NCBI GenBank assembly: GCA_041946805.1 | Contig: JBHGBC010000023.1 | Location: forward strand, 1 to 64,000 | Source: a bacterium | GTDB taxonomy: Bacteria; Hinthialibacterota; Hinthialibacteria; Hinthialibacterales; Hinthialibacteraceae | DNA length: 64,000 bases | Direction of reading: 5' to 3' | Part shown: positions 40,107 to 50,261 of the stretch, in pieces | Numbering within the stretch: the first letter of the stretch is position 1 | Layout: each line of letters opens with the position of its first letter | Notes under the pieces: generated by a model | Seen by the model: the letters and a program-made list of their open reading frames with translations, nothing else | Database searches by the model: none | What the model was told of the DNA's origin: nothing | Position numbers and translations under genes: made by a program

Positions 40107-41138
40107 TCACACCACCTTGAGCACGATTTTGCCGAAATTCTTGCGGTCCAGCATGCGTTGCTGGGCGGCGCGGGCGTCCTGGAGTGGAAAGATCTGGTCG
40201 ATCACCGGTTTCACTTTCCCCTGCTCCGCCAGCGCGGTGACTTTTTTCATTTCCCCGATGGATCCCATGTACGATCCATGGATGGTGAGATGTTTGGCGA
40301 ACACCTGTTGCAGGTTGAACTTGACCTCCGCGCCGGTGGTGACGCCGCAGTTGGCCAACCGCCCGTAGCGTTTCAGCACGTCCAGGCTTCGGGTGAACGT
40401 CTCGCCGCCCACATGTTCGAAAACGGCGTCCACGCCCTGCTTGCCGGTCAAACGGAGGGTTTCCTTCACGAAATCCTGGACTTGGTAATTGATGGTTTCG
40501 TCGGCCCCCAGTTCGCGGGCGCGTTGCAGTTTTTCGTCCGATCCGGCCGTGGTGATGACCCGCGCGCCGGCCAGTTTCGCCAACTGGATCGCGGCGATGC
40601 CCAGCCCGCTGCCCGCCGACTGCACCAGCACGGTTTCGCCGCAGCGCAGTTGCAGCCGCGCGAACAGCATGTGCCAGGCGGTGAGGAACACGAGAGGGAA
40701 GGAGGCCCATTCCTCATAGGAATACCGGTCTGAAACCGGGATGATGTTCCGGGCGGGGACGGTCACGTATTCCGCATAGCCGCCCTGTGTCTGGAAGCCG
40801 ATGATCTTGAAATTCGGATCCCCGCTGTCCCGGTCCGTGAGGACAAATTCGCTCTCGGCCGGCGCCAGGCCCGGCGCCACGATGATCCGCGCTCCCGCCG
40901 CGATGCCTTCCACTTCCGGACCCACCTCGGCTACCGTTCCGGCGATGTCGCTGCCGGAAATGTGGGGCATGGGGATGGGCGCGGGCCGCCCACCCAACCG
41001 CACCCAGATATCCAGGTGATTCAAGGCGCAGGCGTGGACCTTCACCAGTACTTCGCCCCGGCCCGGCCGGGGATCCGGCATGTCGGCGTATTGCAACCGG
41101 TCCACCTCGCCATGTTCATGGAAAATCACCGCCTTCAT
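40107..41138 (-). CDS. MDR/zinc-binding dehydrogenase family oxidoreductase
   Basis: CALNHLD, GSDIAG, AGSGLG, GKIVL; GAGG RBS. Confidence 0.9.
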   Translation of the reverse strand: MKAVIFHEHGEVDRLQYADMPDPRPGRGEVLVKVHACALNHLDIWVRLGGRPAPIPMPHISGSDIAGTVAEVGPEVEGIAAGARIIVAPGLAPAESEFVLTDRDSGDPNFKIIGFQTQGGYAEYVTVPARNIIPVSDRYSYEEWASFPLVFLTAWHMLFARLQLRCGETVLVQSAGSGLGIAAIQLAKLAGARVITTAGSDEKLQRARELGADETINYQVQDFVKETLRLTGKQGVDAVFEHVGGETFTRSLDVLKRYGRLANCGVTTGAEVKFNLQQVFAKHLTIHGSYMGSIGEMKKVTALAEQGKVKPVIDQIFPLQDARAAQQRMLDRKNFGKIVLKVV

Positions 41139-41283
41139 CGTGTCGATCCTCCTCGGGGATTCGGTGTTCTTTTCCCGCCCCGTTCCTTCATTTTTCCGGG
41201 TTGAAGCCTTTATTAACCCTGTTCCGTCCAGCATAATCCCGATACGCTACTCTGTGAAGCATACGCGGGAGGTGAGTGGGAAC

Positions 41284-43029
41284 ATGCGGCCCCAAGGGTC
41301 TTTTTTTCTTATGCTGGTCCTGGCCGGGGTGACCGGCGCTTGCAGCTCCACCCAGAAGGTCACGGAGTCCGTCAAAAATCTGTTCCGCGACGATACGCCC
41401 GAAAAGTTGGAAACCCGCCGTCTCTCCATTTTCGAATATGAAGACAAACTCCTGGGGGCCTGGGCCGGCAAGATGATCGGCGTCAGCGTGGCCGCCCCCT
41501 ACGAGTTCCGTTTCCAAGGCGAAGTCATGGAAGAATCCATGCGCCTCTGGCAGCCGGAATTCGTGGAGAACGCGCTGCAGCAGGACGATCTGTACGTGCA
41601 GATGACGTTTCTCCGGGCGCTGGAGGATAAGGGGCTCTCGATCTCGCCGGCGGAGGCCGCCGATTATTTCAGCCGGACCGAGTACCCCCTGGCGCACGCC
41701 AACGACGTGGCGCGCAACAACATCCGCGCGGGCATCCTGCCCCCGGATTCCGGCCACCCCCGCTACAATCCCCACGCCAACGACATCGATTTCCAGATCG
41801 ACGCCGATTTGTTCGGCATTGTATGCCCCGGCATGCCCTTCACGGCCATCCGCCTGGCCGAAGTCTTCGGGCCGATGATGAGTTACGGGGACGGCCTGTA
41901 CGGCGGGTTGTTCGTGGCGGGGATGTACGCGGCCGCCTATTTCGAGAACGACCGCGTGGCGGTGATCGAGCAGGGCCTCAAAGGCATCCCGGCGGAGAGC
42001 CAGTACGCCCGACTCATCCGGGACGTGCTCGAGTTCTACCGCAAGGATGCCGCCGACTGGCGGGGCTGCTGGCAGATGCTGGAAGACCAATGGGCCAAAA
42101 CGGACCTGTGTCCCGATGGCTACAACAAGCCGTTCAACATCGACGCGAAACTCAATGGCGGGTACGTGGCGCTGGCGCTGCTGTACGGGGAGGCGGATTT
42201 TCCGAAAACCCTGGAGATCGCCACCCGCTGCGGACAGGACAACGATTGCAACACCTCGACCGCCGCCGGGGTTCTGGGGGCGTTGATGGGTTACAGCCGC
42301 ATCCCCCGGCCATTCAAGGTGGGCATCCCCGTCATTAGCGAAAAGCCGTTCCTCAACACCAAGTACACCTTCACCACCCTGATTCAGACCTGCAAAAAAC
42401 TGACCGAGATCATCATCCGGCGCTACGGCGGCGATGTGCAACGGCTGGGGGACCGGGAATATTTCACGGTGCCGGTGCAAAGCCCGCCCCCGCCTCCCTC
42501 CTTGGAGCAATTCACCGAAAGCATGATGGCCGGCTATCAAGCCGAGTGGGCGCGGCTCGAACAGATCCGGCGGGAAAAGTTCCAGGCCGCCTTGCAGCAG
42601 GATTTCGCGAAATGGTCGAAAGGCTGGACGATGGCCCAATGCGGGACCGATGATACCCCCGGTTTGCGGGAATCCTACGCCGGCCGCTTCGACGTGTTCG
42701 TCACCCATCCCTTGGACCAAAACTCGCCGTGCGTGCTCTCCTGGAAAGGAACTTTGCCGCCGGGGAATCCGCAGCTGCGCGTCATCGCCGCCGCCTCGGA
42801 CCGCGACCCGGGAGCCGATTGGCTGTTGCGGGTGTTCGTGAATGATCAAAAATTGGATGAAAAAACTGTGGGGCTGAAGGATGGAGCCGCCGAGTGGCAT
42901 GAGTACCACTTCGACCTTACCCCCTTTGCCGGCCAGGATGTCACGATCCGCCTGGAAAACGCCGCCAACGGATGGAGTTTCGAGACCGCCTTCTGGGGTA
43001 AGATCGAGGTTGTACCCGGCACGAACTGA
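41284..43029 (+). CDS. ADP-ribosylglycohydrolase-family lipoprotein with a C-terminal beta-sandwich domain
   Basis: Lipobox VTGA-C; QQDDLY, DIDFQI, GQDNDCN. Confidence 0.8.
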   Translation: MRPQGSFFLMLVLAGVTGACSSTQKVTESVKNLFRDDTPEKLETRRLSIFEYEDKLLGAWAGKMIGVSVAAPYEFRFQGEVMEESMRLWQPEFVENALQQDDLYVQMTFLRALEDKGLSISPAEAADYFSRTEYPLAHANDVARNNIRAGILPPDSGHPRYNPHANDIDFQIDADLFGIVCPGMPFTAIRLAEVFGPMMSYGDGLYGGLFVAGMYAAAYFENDRVAVIEQGLKGIPAESQYARLIRDVLEFYRKDAADWRGCWQMLEDQWAKTDLCPDGYNKPFNIDAKLNGGYVALALLYGEADFPKTLEIATRCGQDNDCNTSTAAGVLGALMGYSRIPRPFKVGIPVISEKPFLNTKYTFTTLIQTCKKLTEIIIRRYGGDVQRLGDREYFTVPVQSPPPPPSLEQFTESMMAGYQAEWARLEQIRREKFQAALQQDFAKWSKGWTMAQCGTDDTPGLRESYAGRFDVFVTHPLDQNSPCVLSWKGTLPPGNPQLRVIAAASDRDPGADWLLRVFVNDQKLDEKTVGLKDGAAEWHEYHFDLTPFAGQDVTIRLENAANGWSFETAFWGKIEVVPGTN

Positions 43030-43262
43030 TTTCCTCCTCCCCTCTATCGGCAATTTTTTCCCCATTCCTGCCAATCAGTGAATTTCGCTCCTCTTTGATT
43101 ATTTCCCATCACAACAAATGAACTTGCGAATTCCTCCGGCCCAATGGCCAGCGGAGTGGAACAAAAGTTGCTTAATATCGACCCGAGCACTGAGAGGGCT
43201 TCGGGAAGCACGAATCCCTTGTTTCATTCGACGTACACGGCTCCATCTCCGTTGAGGGAATC

Positions 43263-44093
43263 ATGGACGTAAAACACCACCCGGTTTTCACGCGATTTAC
43301 ACCTTGGGCGGGCGATGTCGAAGCCGGATTCTCCGTCAACTTTCTGGGCATCAAAACCCGCTCCACCTTCTGGTCCCAAATCCCTCCCACCACCACGGTG
43401 GAGTACACGCGCACCACCTACCCCGCGTTCGACGAAGAATATTTCGAATGGATCGACTTGCTGGAATCCGTCATTCACAGCGGCGGCCATTACACCATGA
43501 TCGAACTGGGGGCCGGCTGGGGCCGCTGGATGGCCGCGGCTTTCGGCGCGCTGCGGATCCTCGCTCCCGAAAAGCCCTATACGTTCATCGGCGTGGAGGC
43601 GGAACCGGACCATTACCGGTACATGCGGGAACATTTTGAGGACAACGGGATCGATCTGACCCGCTGCCAACTCATCGAAGCGGCGGTGTCGGGGCAAAAC
43701 GGCGCCGTGCGCTTTCATACCGGACGGCCGGACGAATGGTACGGGCAGTCCATCGGCGGGACAACCCTGGTGCGCTCCATCACCCTGCGTTCCCTACTGG
43801 ATCCGCTCAACCGGGTGGACCTGATCGACCTGGATGTCCAAGGGGCGGAATATATGGTGCTGTCCGCGGCCGCCAAGGAAGTGAACGAAAAAGTCAACCG
43901 GGTGCACATCGGGACTCACAGCCCTCAGGTGGAAGCCGGTTTGCGGGCCGGTTTTACCCGCATGGGCTGGACGAAGCGGTACGATTTCCCCATGCGGTCC
44001 ACCGTCGAAACCGAATACGGAACCATATCGTTCCAGGACGGAGTGCAAAGCTGGATCAATCCCCGGTTCGGCGCCACGTCCTTGGCTTGTTGA
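43263..44093 (+). CDS. FkbM-like methyltransferase
   Basis: IELGAGWG, GVEAEP, AAVS, IDLDVQGAE, IGTH. Confidence 0.8.
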   Translation: MDVKHHPVFTRFTPWAGDVEAGFSVNFLGIKTRSTFWSQIPPTTTVEYTRTTYPAFDEEYFEWIDLLESVIHSGGHYTMIELGAGWGRWMAAAFGALRILAPEKPYTFIGVEAEPDHYRYMREHFEDNGIDLTRCQLIEAAVSGQNGAVRFHTGRPDEWYGQSIGGTTLVRSITLRSLLDPLNRVDLIDLDVQGAEYMVLSAAAKEVNEKVNRVHIGTHSPQVEAGLRAGFTRMGWTKRYDFPMRSTVETEYGTISFQDGVQSWINPRFGATSLAC

Positions 44094-44131
44094 GATTTCG
44101 ATATGAATTATTTACCGAAATGCAGGACTGT

Positions 44132-44244
44132 TTTTGAGCGCCAACGGCGCGCAAGAGGATAGCCCTGGGATGATAGCGAAAAAGTTCTCAATCCCCTCTC
44201 CCTCTGGGAGAGGGTTCGGGTGAGGGAAGCCCTGCAAGGGCGGA
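44132..44244 (-). repeat. Composite MITE-like element with nested REP A (44194-44226)
   Basis: Reverse complement aligns with 8739-8864. Confidence 0.75.
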
Positions 44245-44380
44245 AGCAACGACATCCCGGCAATCAGGTAAATGATCTTATCTTCTTATTATAGGATACT
44301 TTAGAAAAACTCAACAGAACCTAACGAAACGATGCTGATTCAATCAACGAAATTCATCTTTTGGGAATCAGCGATCCAGA

Positions 44381-45364
44381 ATGAATCCGGCGCAAACCAC
44401 ACCCCATCTTGATCCGGCTTTGCCCGCTCGCGAAACCGAGGTTCCGTTTCTGCGGAAAAATCAATACGCCCTCCTCTATTCGCTGCGCTGCAACTACGCC
44501 TGCTCGTATTGCTGCACCAAGGCGGGACGGGGATCCCCCCAATCCTGGGTGGAAGCCAATCCCGCGCGCGTGGCCCGGTTTCTCCTGGCGCTCGAACCGG
44601 GGGTGGTCATGATCAGCGGCGGCGAACCGTTTTTATGGCGGGAGCTGCCGGCCCTGGCCCGGATCACCTCCCGGCACATTTGGATCGTCCTGACCAACGC
44701 GTCCCTCGTGCCCCGGAATCTGCAGCCCGATCTGTTTCCCATGGTGATCGCCGCCTACCACAGCGAGGCCGCCGATTGGAACCGGTTCCTGAACAATGTG
44801 TTGGAATACCAGCAACGGGGCGTCCGCGTCCTCGTCAAATTGATCGTCAAGCCGTTTCAAGAACAGGAAACCCTGGATCAATGGAAAGCCGCGTGGGACC
44901 AGGGGATCAGCGCCCATCTTTGCCCCTTGGAATACAATGTCCATTTCCCGCTCCGGAGGCTCCAGGAAATCGTGGACCATCACTTGACCTCCTGCCTGTA
45001 CAATTCGCGTTTCTTCCGGCTTCCTCTACGCCGGGGATATTGTCCAGCCGGATCGAGGGAAATGCTGGAAATCAATCCGGACGGGACTGTGGTGGCCTGT
45101 TCCACCGTCATGCGGCCCGTCGGCCATGCCGGCCGGGAGGTCCCCACGACTCCGGGGATCGCCTGCCCGGCGGACAATTGCTACTGCGAATGGCACCATT
45201 GGAAAGGCGTGGCCTCCAATCATGAAAATCCCCGGTGGAATTACTTCTTTCAAACCGGGACGTGGATTCATCCCTCCCGGGAGGAATTCCGGGATTACCT
45301 GATCAAGGCCGGCTATTCCCTGCATGGCATGAATCTCGAACAATCGCGGGAAGCCTGGGTTTAA
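44381..45364 (+). CDS. Radical SAM protein with a Cys-rich (Twitch/SPASM-like) C-terminus
   Basis: CNYACSYC, SGGEP, CPAG...INPDGTVVAC, CPADNCYC. Confidence 0.85.
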   Translation: MNPAQTTPHLDPALPARETEVPFLRKNQYALLYSLRCNYACSYCCTKAGRGSPQSWVEANPARVARFLLALEPGVVMISGGEPFLWRELPALARITSRHIWIVLTNASLVPRNLQPDLFPMVIAAYHSEAADWNRFLNNVLEYQQRGVRVLVKLIVKPFQEQETLDQWKAAWDQGISAHLCPLEYNVHFPLRRLQEIVDHHLTSCLYNSRFFRLPLRRGYCPAGSREMLEINPDGTVVACSTVMRPVGHAGREVPTTPGIACPADNCYCEWHHWKGVASNHENPRWNYFFQTGTWIHPSREEFRDYLIKAGYSLHGMNLEQSREAWV

Positions 45365-45368
45365 CGAA

Positions 45369-46982
45369 ATGTCACGCGCGGGGATGAACGGTACCCCAAA
45401 TGATGAAGGTCGTATCGTGAACCACATCCAACTCTCTCAGGAAACACCAGCGAATCCCGGCGGGCCGGAGAATCCGGCAAGCCAACCGCCGATTTACTCG
45501 CATGTTCCGGGCCTCCCTCCCATCGAACTGGTGGCTTATTACGACGAATTCGTGAATTATTACCCCCGCTGCGAGATGGAAACCAAACAGTGGTTCGTGG
45601 AGCACATCCAACCGGATTGGACCATACTCGATTGCGGCGCCAACATCGGCTATTACACCATTCTTTTCGCCCAACAGGCCCATCTCGGGCAGGTGCACGC
45701 CTTCGAGCCCACCCGCACGGTGGAGATGCTCAAAACCAATCTGCGCCACCACCGGATCGCCAACGTCACGGTCCATACGGAAGCGTTGGGTAACAAGACC
45801 GGCCGTTCGCTGGATGGCATCTACCGGATCTGGGGAGCGGAACCGGAGCGGGATGTCTATTCGTTCACGACGATCGATGATTTTGTCCGGACCCAGGCGC
45901 TGGCGCGAGTGGATTGCATCAAAATCGACGTGGATTCCTTCGATTTCGAAGTGCTGCGGGGCGCCCGGCAAACCCTAGTGGACTTCGATCCCTACGTGAT
46001 GGTCGAGCTCAATCACGCTCTGAGCCGCCGCGGCCAATCCAACGCGGAAGCCCTGGAATGGCTGGCCGGGCTGGGCTATGAGGAAGCCCAGGTTTTCGAC
46101 CACGAGAATTTCCTGCTGAAACGCGGCGAAAAGCAGCCCGCCGCTCCTTCCGCCCGGATGATCACGCTGCGGTTCGGCCCTGCGTCTGGGGCATCGACCG
46201 TGGCCGGCACCCCGGCAGCCCCGTCCCCCAGCGGTCCTCAAACGGCCGGCCCCGCGCAAAATGTCGTGCCGGTGCAGGAATTACACAAAAAAATGGGATG
46301 GTCCACGCCTCTGGACTACCCGGCCGCTTCGCTGCGCAAGCCGTTGATCCAATGGAAAATGGAAGTGGACGATTCCCCCATCTTCCGTTATCTCTACCGC
46401 CATTTCCGCCCCCGCCGGCACCTGGAATTCGGGACCTGGCAAGGCACGGGGGTTTTGTATTGCCTGGAGGAATGCGAGGCCACGGTCTGGACCTTGAATC
46501 TGCCGCGGGGTGAAACGCTGCCGGACGGAAGCCCCGCCTACAGCGTGCCCGCGTCCGAGGCTCCCGACGTTCCCGCGTGGGTCCGGCCGGTTCCCGGCGG
46601 CTACCAGACGGACTCGTGCGGCTTCATCGGCCGCTACTACCTGGAAAGAAACCTGGGCAAGCGGGTCTGCCAGATTTATTGCGACAGCCGCGAATGGGAC
46701 ATCGCCAATTACCCCGAGGGCTTCTTCGATTCGGCCTTGATCGACGGCGGCCATCAGGAAGACATCGTGGCCAACGACACGCGCAAGGCCATGCAACTGG
46801 TGCGGTCCGGCGGATTGATCCTGTGGCACGATTTCTGTCCCCGGCCGGAGGTGTTGAACGCGTATGAATGCGCGCGCGGCGTCTACCGGGCCATCCAGGC
46901 CAGCCGGCCGTGGCTGCAAACACATATGAAAGAACTGTTTTGGATATATCCCAGTTGGATTCTGATGGGGATCAAAAAATAA
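45369..46982 (+). CDS. Tandem methyltransferase (FkbM-like plus a second class I domain)
   Basis: DCGANIG...FEP...IKIDVD; then LEFGTWQG...IDGGH...WHDF. Confidence 0.82.
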   Translation: MSRAGMNGTPNDEGRIVNHIQLSQETPANPGGPENPASQPPIYSHVPGLPPIELVAYYDEFVNYYPRCEMETKQWFVEHIQPDWTILDCGANIGYYTILFAQQAHLGQVHAFEPTRTVEMLKTNLRHHRIANVTVHTEALGNKTGRSLDGIYRIWGAEPERDVYSFTTIDDFVRTQALARVDCIKIDVDSFDFEVLRGARQTLVDFDPYVMVELNHALSRRGQSNAEALEWLAGLGYEEAQVFDHENFLLKRGEKQPAAPSARMITLRFGPASGASTVAGTPAAPSPSGPQTAGPAQNVVPVQELHKKMGWSTPLDYPAASLRKPLIQWKMEVDDSPIFRYLYRHFRPRRHLEFGTWQGTGVLYCLEECEATVWTLNLPRGETLPDGSPAYSVPASEAPDVPAWVRPVPGGYQTDSCGFIGRYYLERNLGKRVCQIYCDSREWDIANYPEGFFDSALIDGGHQEDIVANDTRKAMQLVRSGGLILWHDFCPRPEVLNAYECARGVYRAIQASRPWLQTHMKELFWIYPSWILMGIKK

Positions 46983-48058
46983 TGATGTCCGGAAACGAAT
47001 GCTACCTTTCCATTGTTGCCACCTCCCGCAATGACGACCACGGCGGGAACATGCTCCGGCGCATGCAGATTTTCATCTCGGGTTGGCTGGAGCAGTGCCG
47101 GCGCCATGCCCTGCCCGCGGAACTGATCCTGGTGGAATGGAATCCGCCCGAAGACCGCCCACGGCTGCGGGACGCGCTCCAGTGGCCCGACGATCCCGGC
47201 CCGTGCGCGGTGCGGATCATCGAAGTCCCCCATGCAGTCCACCGGCGCATCCCGCACGCGGAGAACCTGCCTCTCTTCCAAATGATCGCCAAGAACGTGG
47301 GGATCCGCCGCGCCCAGGGGGAATTCGTTTTGGCCACCAATATCGATCTCTTGTTCTCGGACGAGCTCATGGATTTTTTCGCGCGGCGGAAATTGGAATC
47401 CGGAAAATATTACCGGATCAACCGGTATGACGTGCGGCCGGATATTCCCCGGGACGCTCCCCTGGACGAGCAGTTCACATATTGCCGGCAAAACATCATC
47501 CGTGTGTGCCAGCGCGACGGGTGCTTCGATCCGAACGCGGGAGAGTACGCGCAATACGTGTACCGCAAACAATTCTACGAAGTGTACAACTCCGGCGAGA
47601 CGCGGATCCGGATTCCCTTGTTCACCAACGCCTGCGGCGATTTCACTCTCATGGCGCGGCAACATTGGTTCGACATCCGGGGCTACGCCGAGCGGGCGAT
47701 CTTCTCCTTCCACCTGGACTCGCTGCTGCTGTATTCCGCTTTCCATTCGGGATTGGAAGAGGTGGAGTTGCGCGATCCCTTGCGCGTGTATCACATCGAG
47801 CACGAGGCGGGATACACGCCCGAGAAGCGGCTCCAGATGGACCAGGACTTGGAGATGAAAAAGATCCCCCGCATCAGCAACGAACAACTGAACTGGATGG
47901 CGGTGCAGATGCGGCTCGAAAACCGGCCGATCATCTTCAACCACGCCGATTGGGGCTACCAGGGCGCGGAATTTCCGGAGACCAGGATCCCGGCTCCCAT
48001 TCCCGATGCCCAGCGGATAACTGCGAATGCCGCGCTGACCGCGGCGATCACGGGATAA
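46982..48058 (+). CDS. GT2-like (GT-A fold) glycosyltransferase
   Basis: LSIVATSRNDD, ELILVEWN, AKNVGIRRAQGEFVLATNID; ATG overlaps the upstream TAA. Confidence 0.72.
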   Translation: MMSGNECYLSIVATSRNDDHGGNMLRRMQIFISGWLEQCRRHALPAELILVEWNPPEDRPRLRDALQWPDDPGPCAVRIIEVPHAVHRRIPHAENLPLFQMIAKNVGIRRAQGEFVLATNIDLLFSDELMDFFARRKLESGKYYRINRYDVRPDIPRDAPLDEQFTYCRQNIIRVCQRDGCFDPNAGEYAQYVYRKQFYEVYNSGETRIRIPLFTNACGDFTLMARQHWFDIRGYAERAIFSFHLDSLLLYSAFHSGLEEVELRDPLRVYHIEHEAGYTPEKRLQMDQDLEMKKIPRISNEQLNWMAVQMRLENRPIIFNHADWGYQGAEFPETRIPAPIPDAQRITANAALTAAITG

Positions 48059-48063
48059 CCATC

Positions 48064-48903
48064 ATGACCTCAGCGAACACGGTTCCCATCGAAGCCGTCC
48101 AGCAGTATTGGAACCAGCGGCCGTGCAATATCCGCCACTCCACCCGGCCCGTGGGTACGCGGGAGTATTTCGACGAAGTGGAGCAACGGAAATATTTCGT
48201 CGAACCGCACATCCCCGCCTTCGCCCAGTTCGAACGGTGGGAGGGAAAAAACGTGCTCGAGATCGGCTGCGGGATCGGCACCGACACCATGAATTTCGCC
48301 CGCCACGGGGCTTGGGTCACGGCCGTGGACGTGTCCGAAAACTCCCTTCAGCTGGCCCGCCAACGCGCCCAAGTGTACGGCGTCGAGGACCGGGTGCGCT
48401 TCTTTCATGGCGACGCCGAGCGTTTGTCCCCAATCGTTCCCCCGGAGCCGTACGATCTAATTTACTCATTCGGCGTGATTCACCACACCCCCCATCCCGA
48501 GCGGGTGTTCCAGGAAATCCGGCGTATCGCGCAGCCGGGCGCGCATCTGAAAATCATGGTCTATCACCGGTACGCCTGGAAGGTGTTATGGATCTTGTTG
48601 AAATATGGGAAAGGGCGTTTTTGGCGGCTCTCGGATTGGGTGGCGCGGTATTCGGAAGCCCAGACCGGCTGCCCGGTGACCTACAGCTACAGCCGCCGGC
48701 AGTGCCGCGAAATGCTGGCACAAAACGGTTTCCAGGTCAACGGAATCCGGGTCGAACATATTTTCCCGTACCGGATCGCCGATTACATCGAACACCGGTA
48801 TGTCAAGGAATGGTATTTCCGGTGGATGCCGGATGCATTGTTTCACGGTCTCGAACACCGCTTCGGCTGGCACCTGTGCGCCGACGCGGAAGTGAAGGGG
48901 TAA
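48064..48903 (+). CDS. Class I SAM-dependent methyltransferase
   Basis: VLEIGCGIGTD, GDAE, YSFGVIHHTP. Confidence 0.9.
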   Translation: MTSANTVPIEAVQQYWNQRPCNIRHSTRPVGTREYFDEVEQRKYFVEPHIPAFAQFERWEGKNVLEIGCGIGTDTMNFARHGAWVTAVDVSENSLQLARQRAQVYGVEDRVRFFHGDAERLSPIVPPEPYDLIYSFGVIHHTPHPERVFQEIRRIAQPGAHLKIMVYHRYAWKVLWILLKYGKGRFWRLSDWVARYSEAQTGCPVTYSYSRRQCREMLAQNGFQVNGIRVEHIFPYRIADYIEHRYVKEWYFRWMPDALFHGLEHRFGWHLCADAEVKG

Positions 48904-48948
48904 GAAAAAGCGTCCCGGACGGGCATCTCGGCCTGCCATGAAAAAATT

Positions 48949-48981
48949 CCCTCACCCTAGCCCTCTCCCAGAGGGAGAGGG
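48949..48981 (+). repeat. REP-like family A copy
   Basis: ccctcaccctagccctctcccagagggagaggg. Confidence 0.88.
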
Positions 48982-49111
48982 AACAGGTTTTCGGAATTGG
49001 AAGGGCATCTCCCCGAGAGCGGGGAACCAGAATCGCGCGAAGGGATCATCGTTGGCGGGCTGCGCTACGCTTTAAGCCCACTCTACAGGATGAAATTCAT
49101 GTGACTTTATC

Positions 49112-49996
49112 ATGCTGACTTTATTCTCCGTACCCAAACCCTTCACGGGGCCTATCGGCGTCATCCAGCGCAACGCCATTCGCAGTTGGACGCTGCTCGG
49201 GCCGGAATGCGAGATCCTGTTGCTCGGCGATGAACCGGGCACGGCGGAGGCGGCGGCGGAATTCGGCGCGCGCCATCTTCCGTTTCTCACCCGCAACGAA
49301 TACGGCACGCCGTTGCTGGACCACATCTTCGAGCAGGCGGAAGCGGCGGCCACGCGCGGCCTGATGGGTTACCTCAACACTGACATCATTCTGATGAGCG
49401 ATTTCCTCCCGGCGGTGAGGCCGTTTCAAAACTGCCCGCAGAAGTTTCTGCTCGCGCAGCAGCGCTGGGACGTGGATATCACGGAACCGTGGGATTTCAC
49501 GGATCCGGAGTGGGAAATCCGCCTGCGGCGGCTCACGGCGGAAAAAGGGAAACTGCACAACATCGCCGGGCTGGATTATTTCATCTTCCGGAAAGGTCTG
49601 TACGGCAAGATCCCGCCTTTCGCGCTGGGCCGGTGCGTCTGGGACAACTGGCTGCTGTGGCGGGCGCGGGACCTGGGGGCGGCGCTGGTCAACCTGACAT
49701 ACTGTGTCACCATCGTCCACCAGAACCACGATTACAACCACGTGACATATACACCCCATCTGCCCGGCTGGAACCGGATCTACGACGGGCCCGAACGGCA
49801 GCGGAACCTGGAACTGGCGGGCGGCACGGCCCACATGTACGACCTCAGCCGCGCCACCCACGTGCTGCGCCCAAAGAATGGAAGCGGTCCGGCAGGGATT
49901 CCACCGGCCGGGGCCGGCTTGGCCCCGCGGGGAGACCCCGGATTCATGGCGGAAAAGCAATCCATCCCCTCTTCCTCTGGGAGAGAGTCAAGGTGA
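49112..49996 (+). CDS. Putative GT-A fold glycosyltransferase
   Basis: PKPF, QRNAIRSW, YLNTDII, DYFIF, GR..WDNW, HQNHDY; located in the glycan cluster. Confidence 0.65.
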   Translation: MLTLFSVPKPFTGPIGVIQRNAIRSWTLLGPECEILLLGDEPGTAEAAAEFGARHLPFLTRNEYGTPLLDHIFEQAEAAATRGLMGYLNTDIILMSDFLPAVRPFQNCPQKFLLAQQRWDVDITEPWDFTDPEWEIRLRRLTAEKGKLHNIAGLDYFIFRKGLYGKIPPFALGRCVWDNWLLWRARDLGAALVNLTYCVTIVHQNHDYNHVTYTPHLPGWNRIYDGPERQRNLELAGGTAHMYDLSRATHVLRPKNGSGPAGIPPAGAGLAPRGDPGFMAEKQSIPSSSGRESR

Positions 49997-49999
49997 GGG
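49967..49999 (-). repeat. REP-like family A copy overlapping the gene end
   Basis: ccctcttcctctgggagagagtcaaggtgaggg contains the TGA at 49994-49996. Confidence 0.75.
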
Positions 50000-50261
50000 A
50001 AGTTTTCGCGAGGCGATTCGCCTGCCATCAGTCTCAAAAGGCCCATTGTGTTTTGATTGGGAATTATAAAAAACTCAACAGAACCGAGGGCAACGGAGCC
50101 GGCGAATCGGACGAGATTGAATCGAATGGGTGCGCACAATCCATTCAAGATTTAAGAAACATGGACGATATCCTAAGCTAGGTTCATTCCCCGCGGTGAA
50201 CCGGGTCTATCATTCCACCGGCCCCAGGGAAGGGGTCCGCGGCCGCCGCCGGAGGCTCGGC

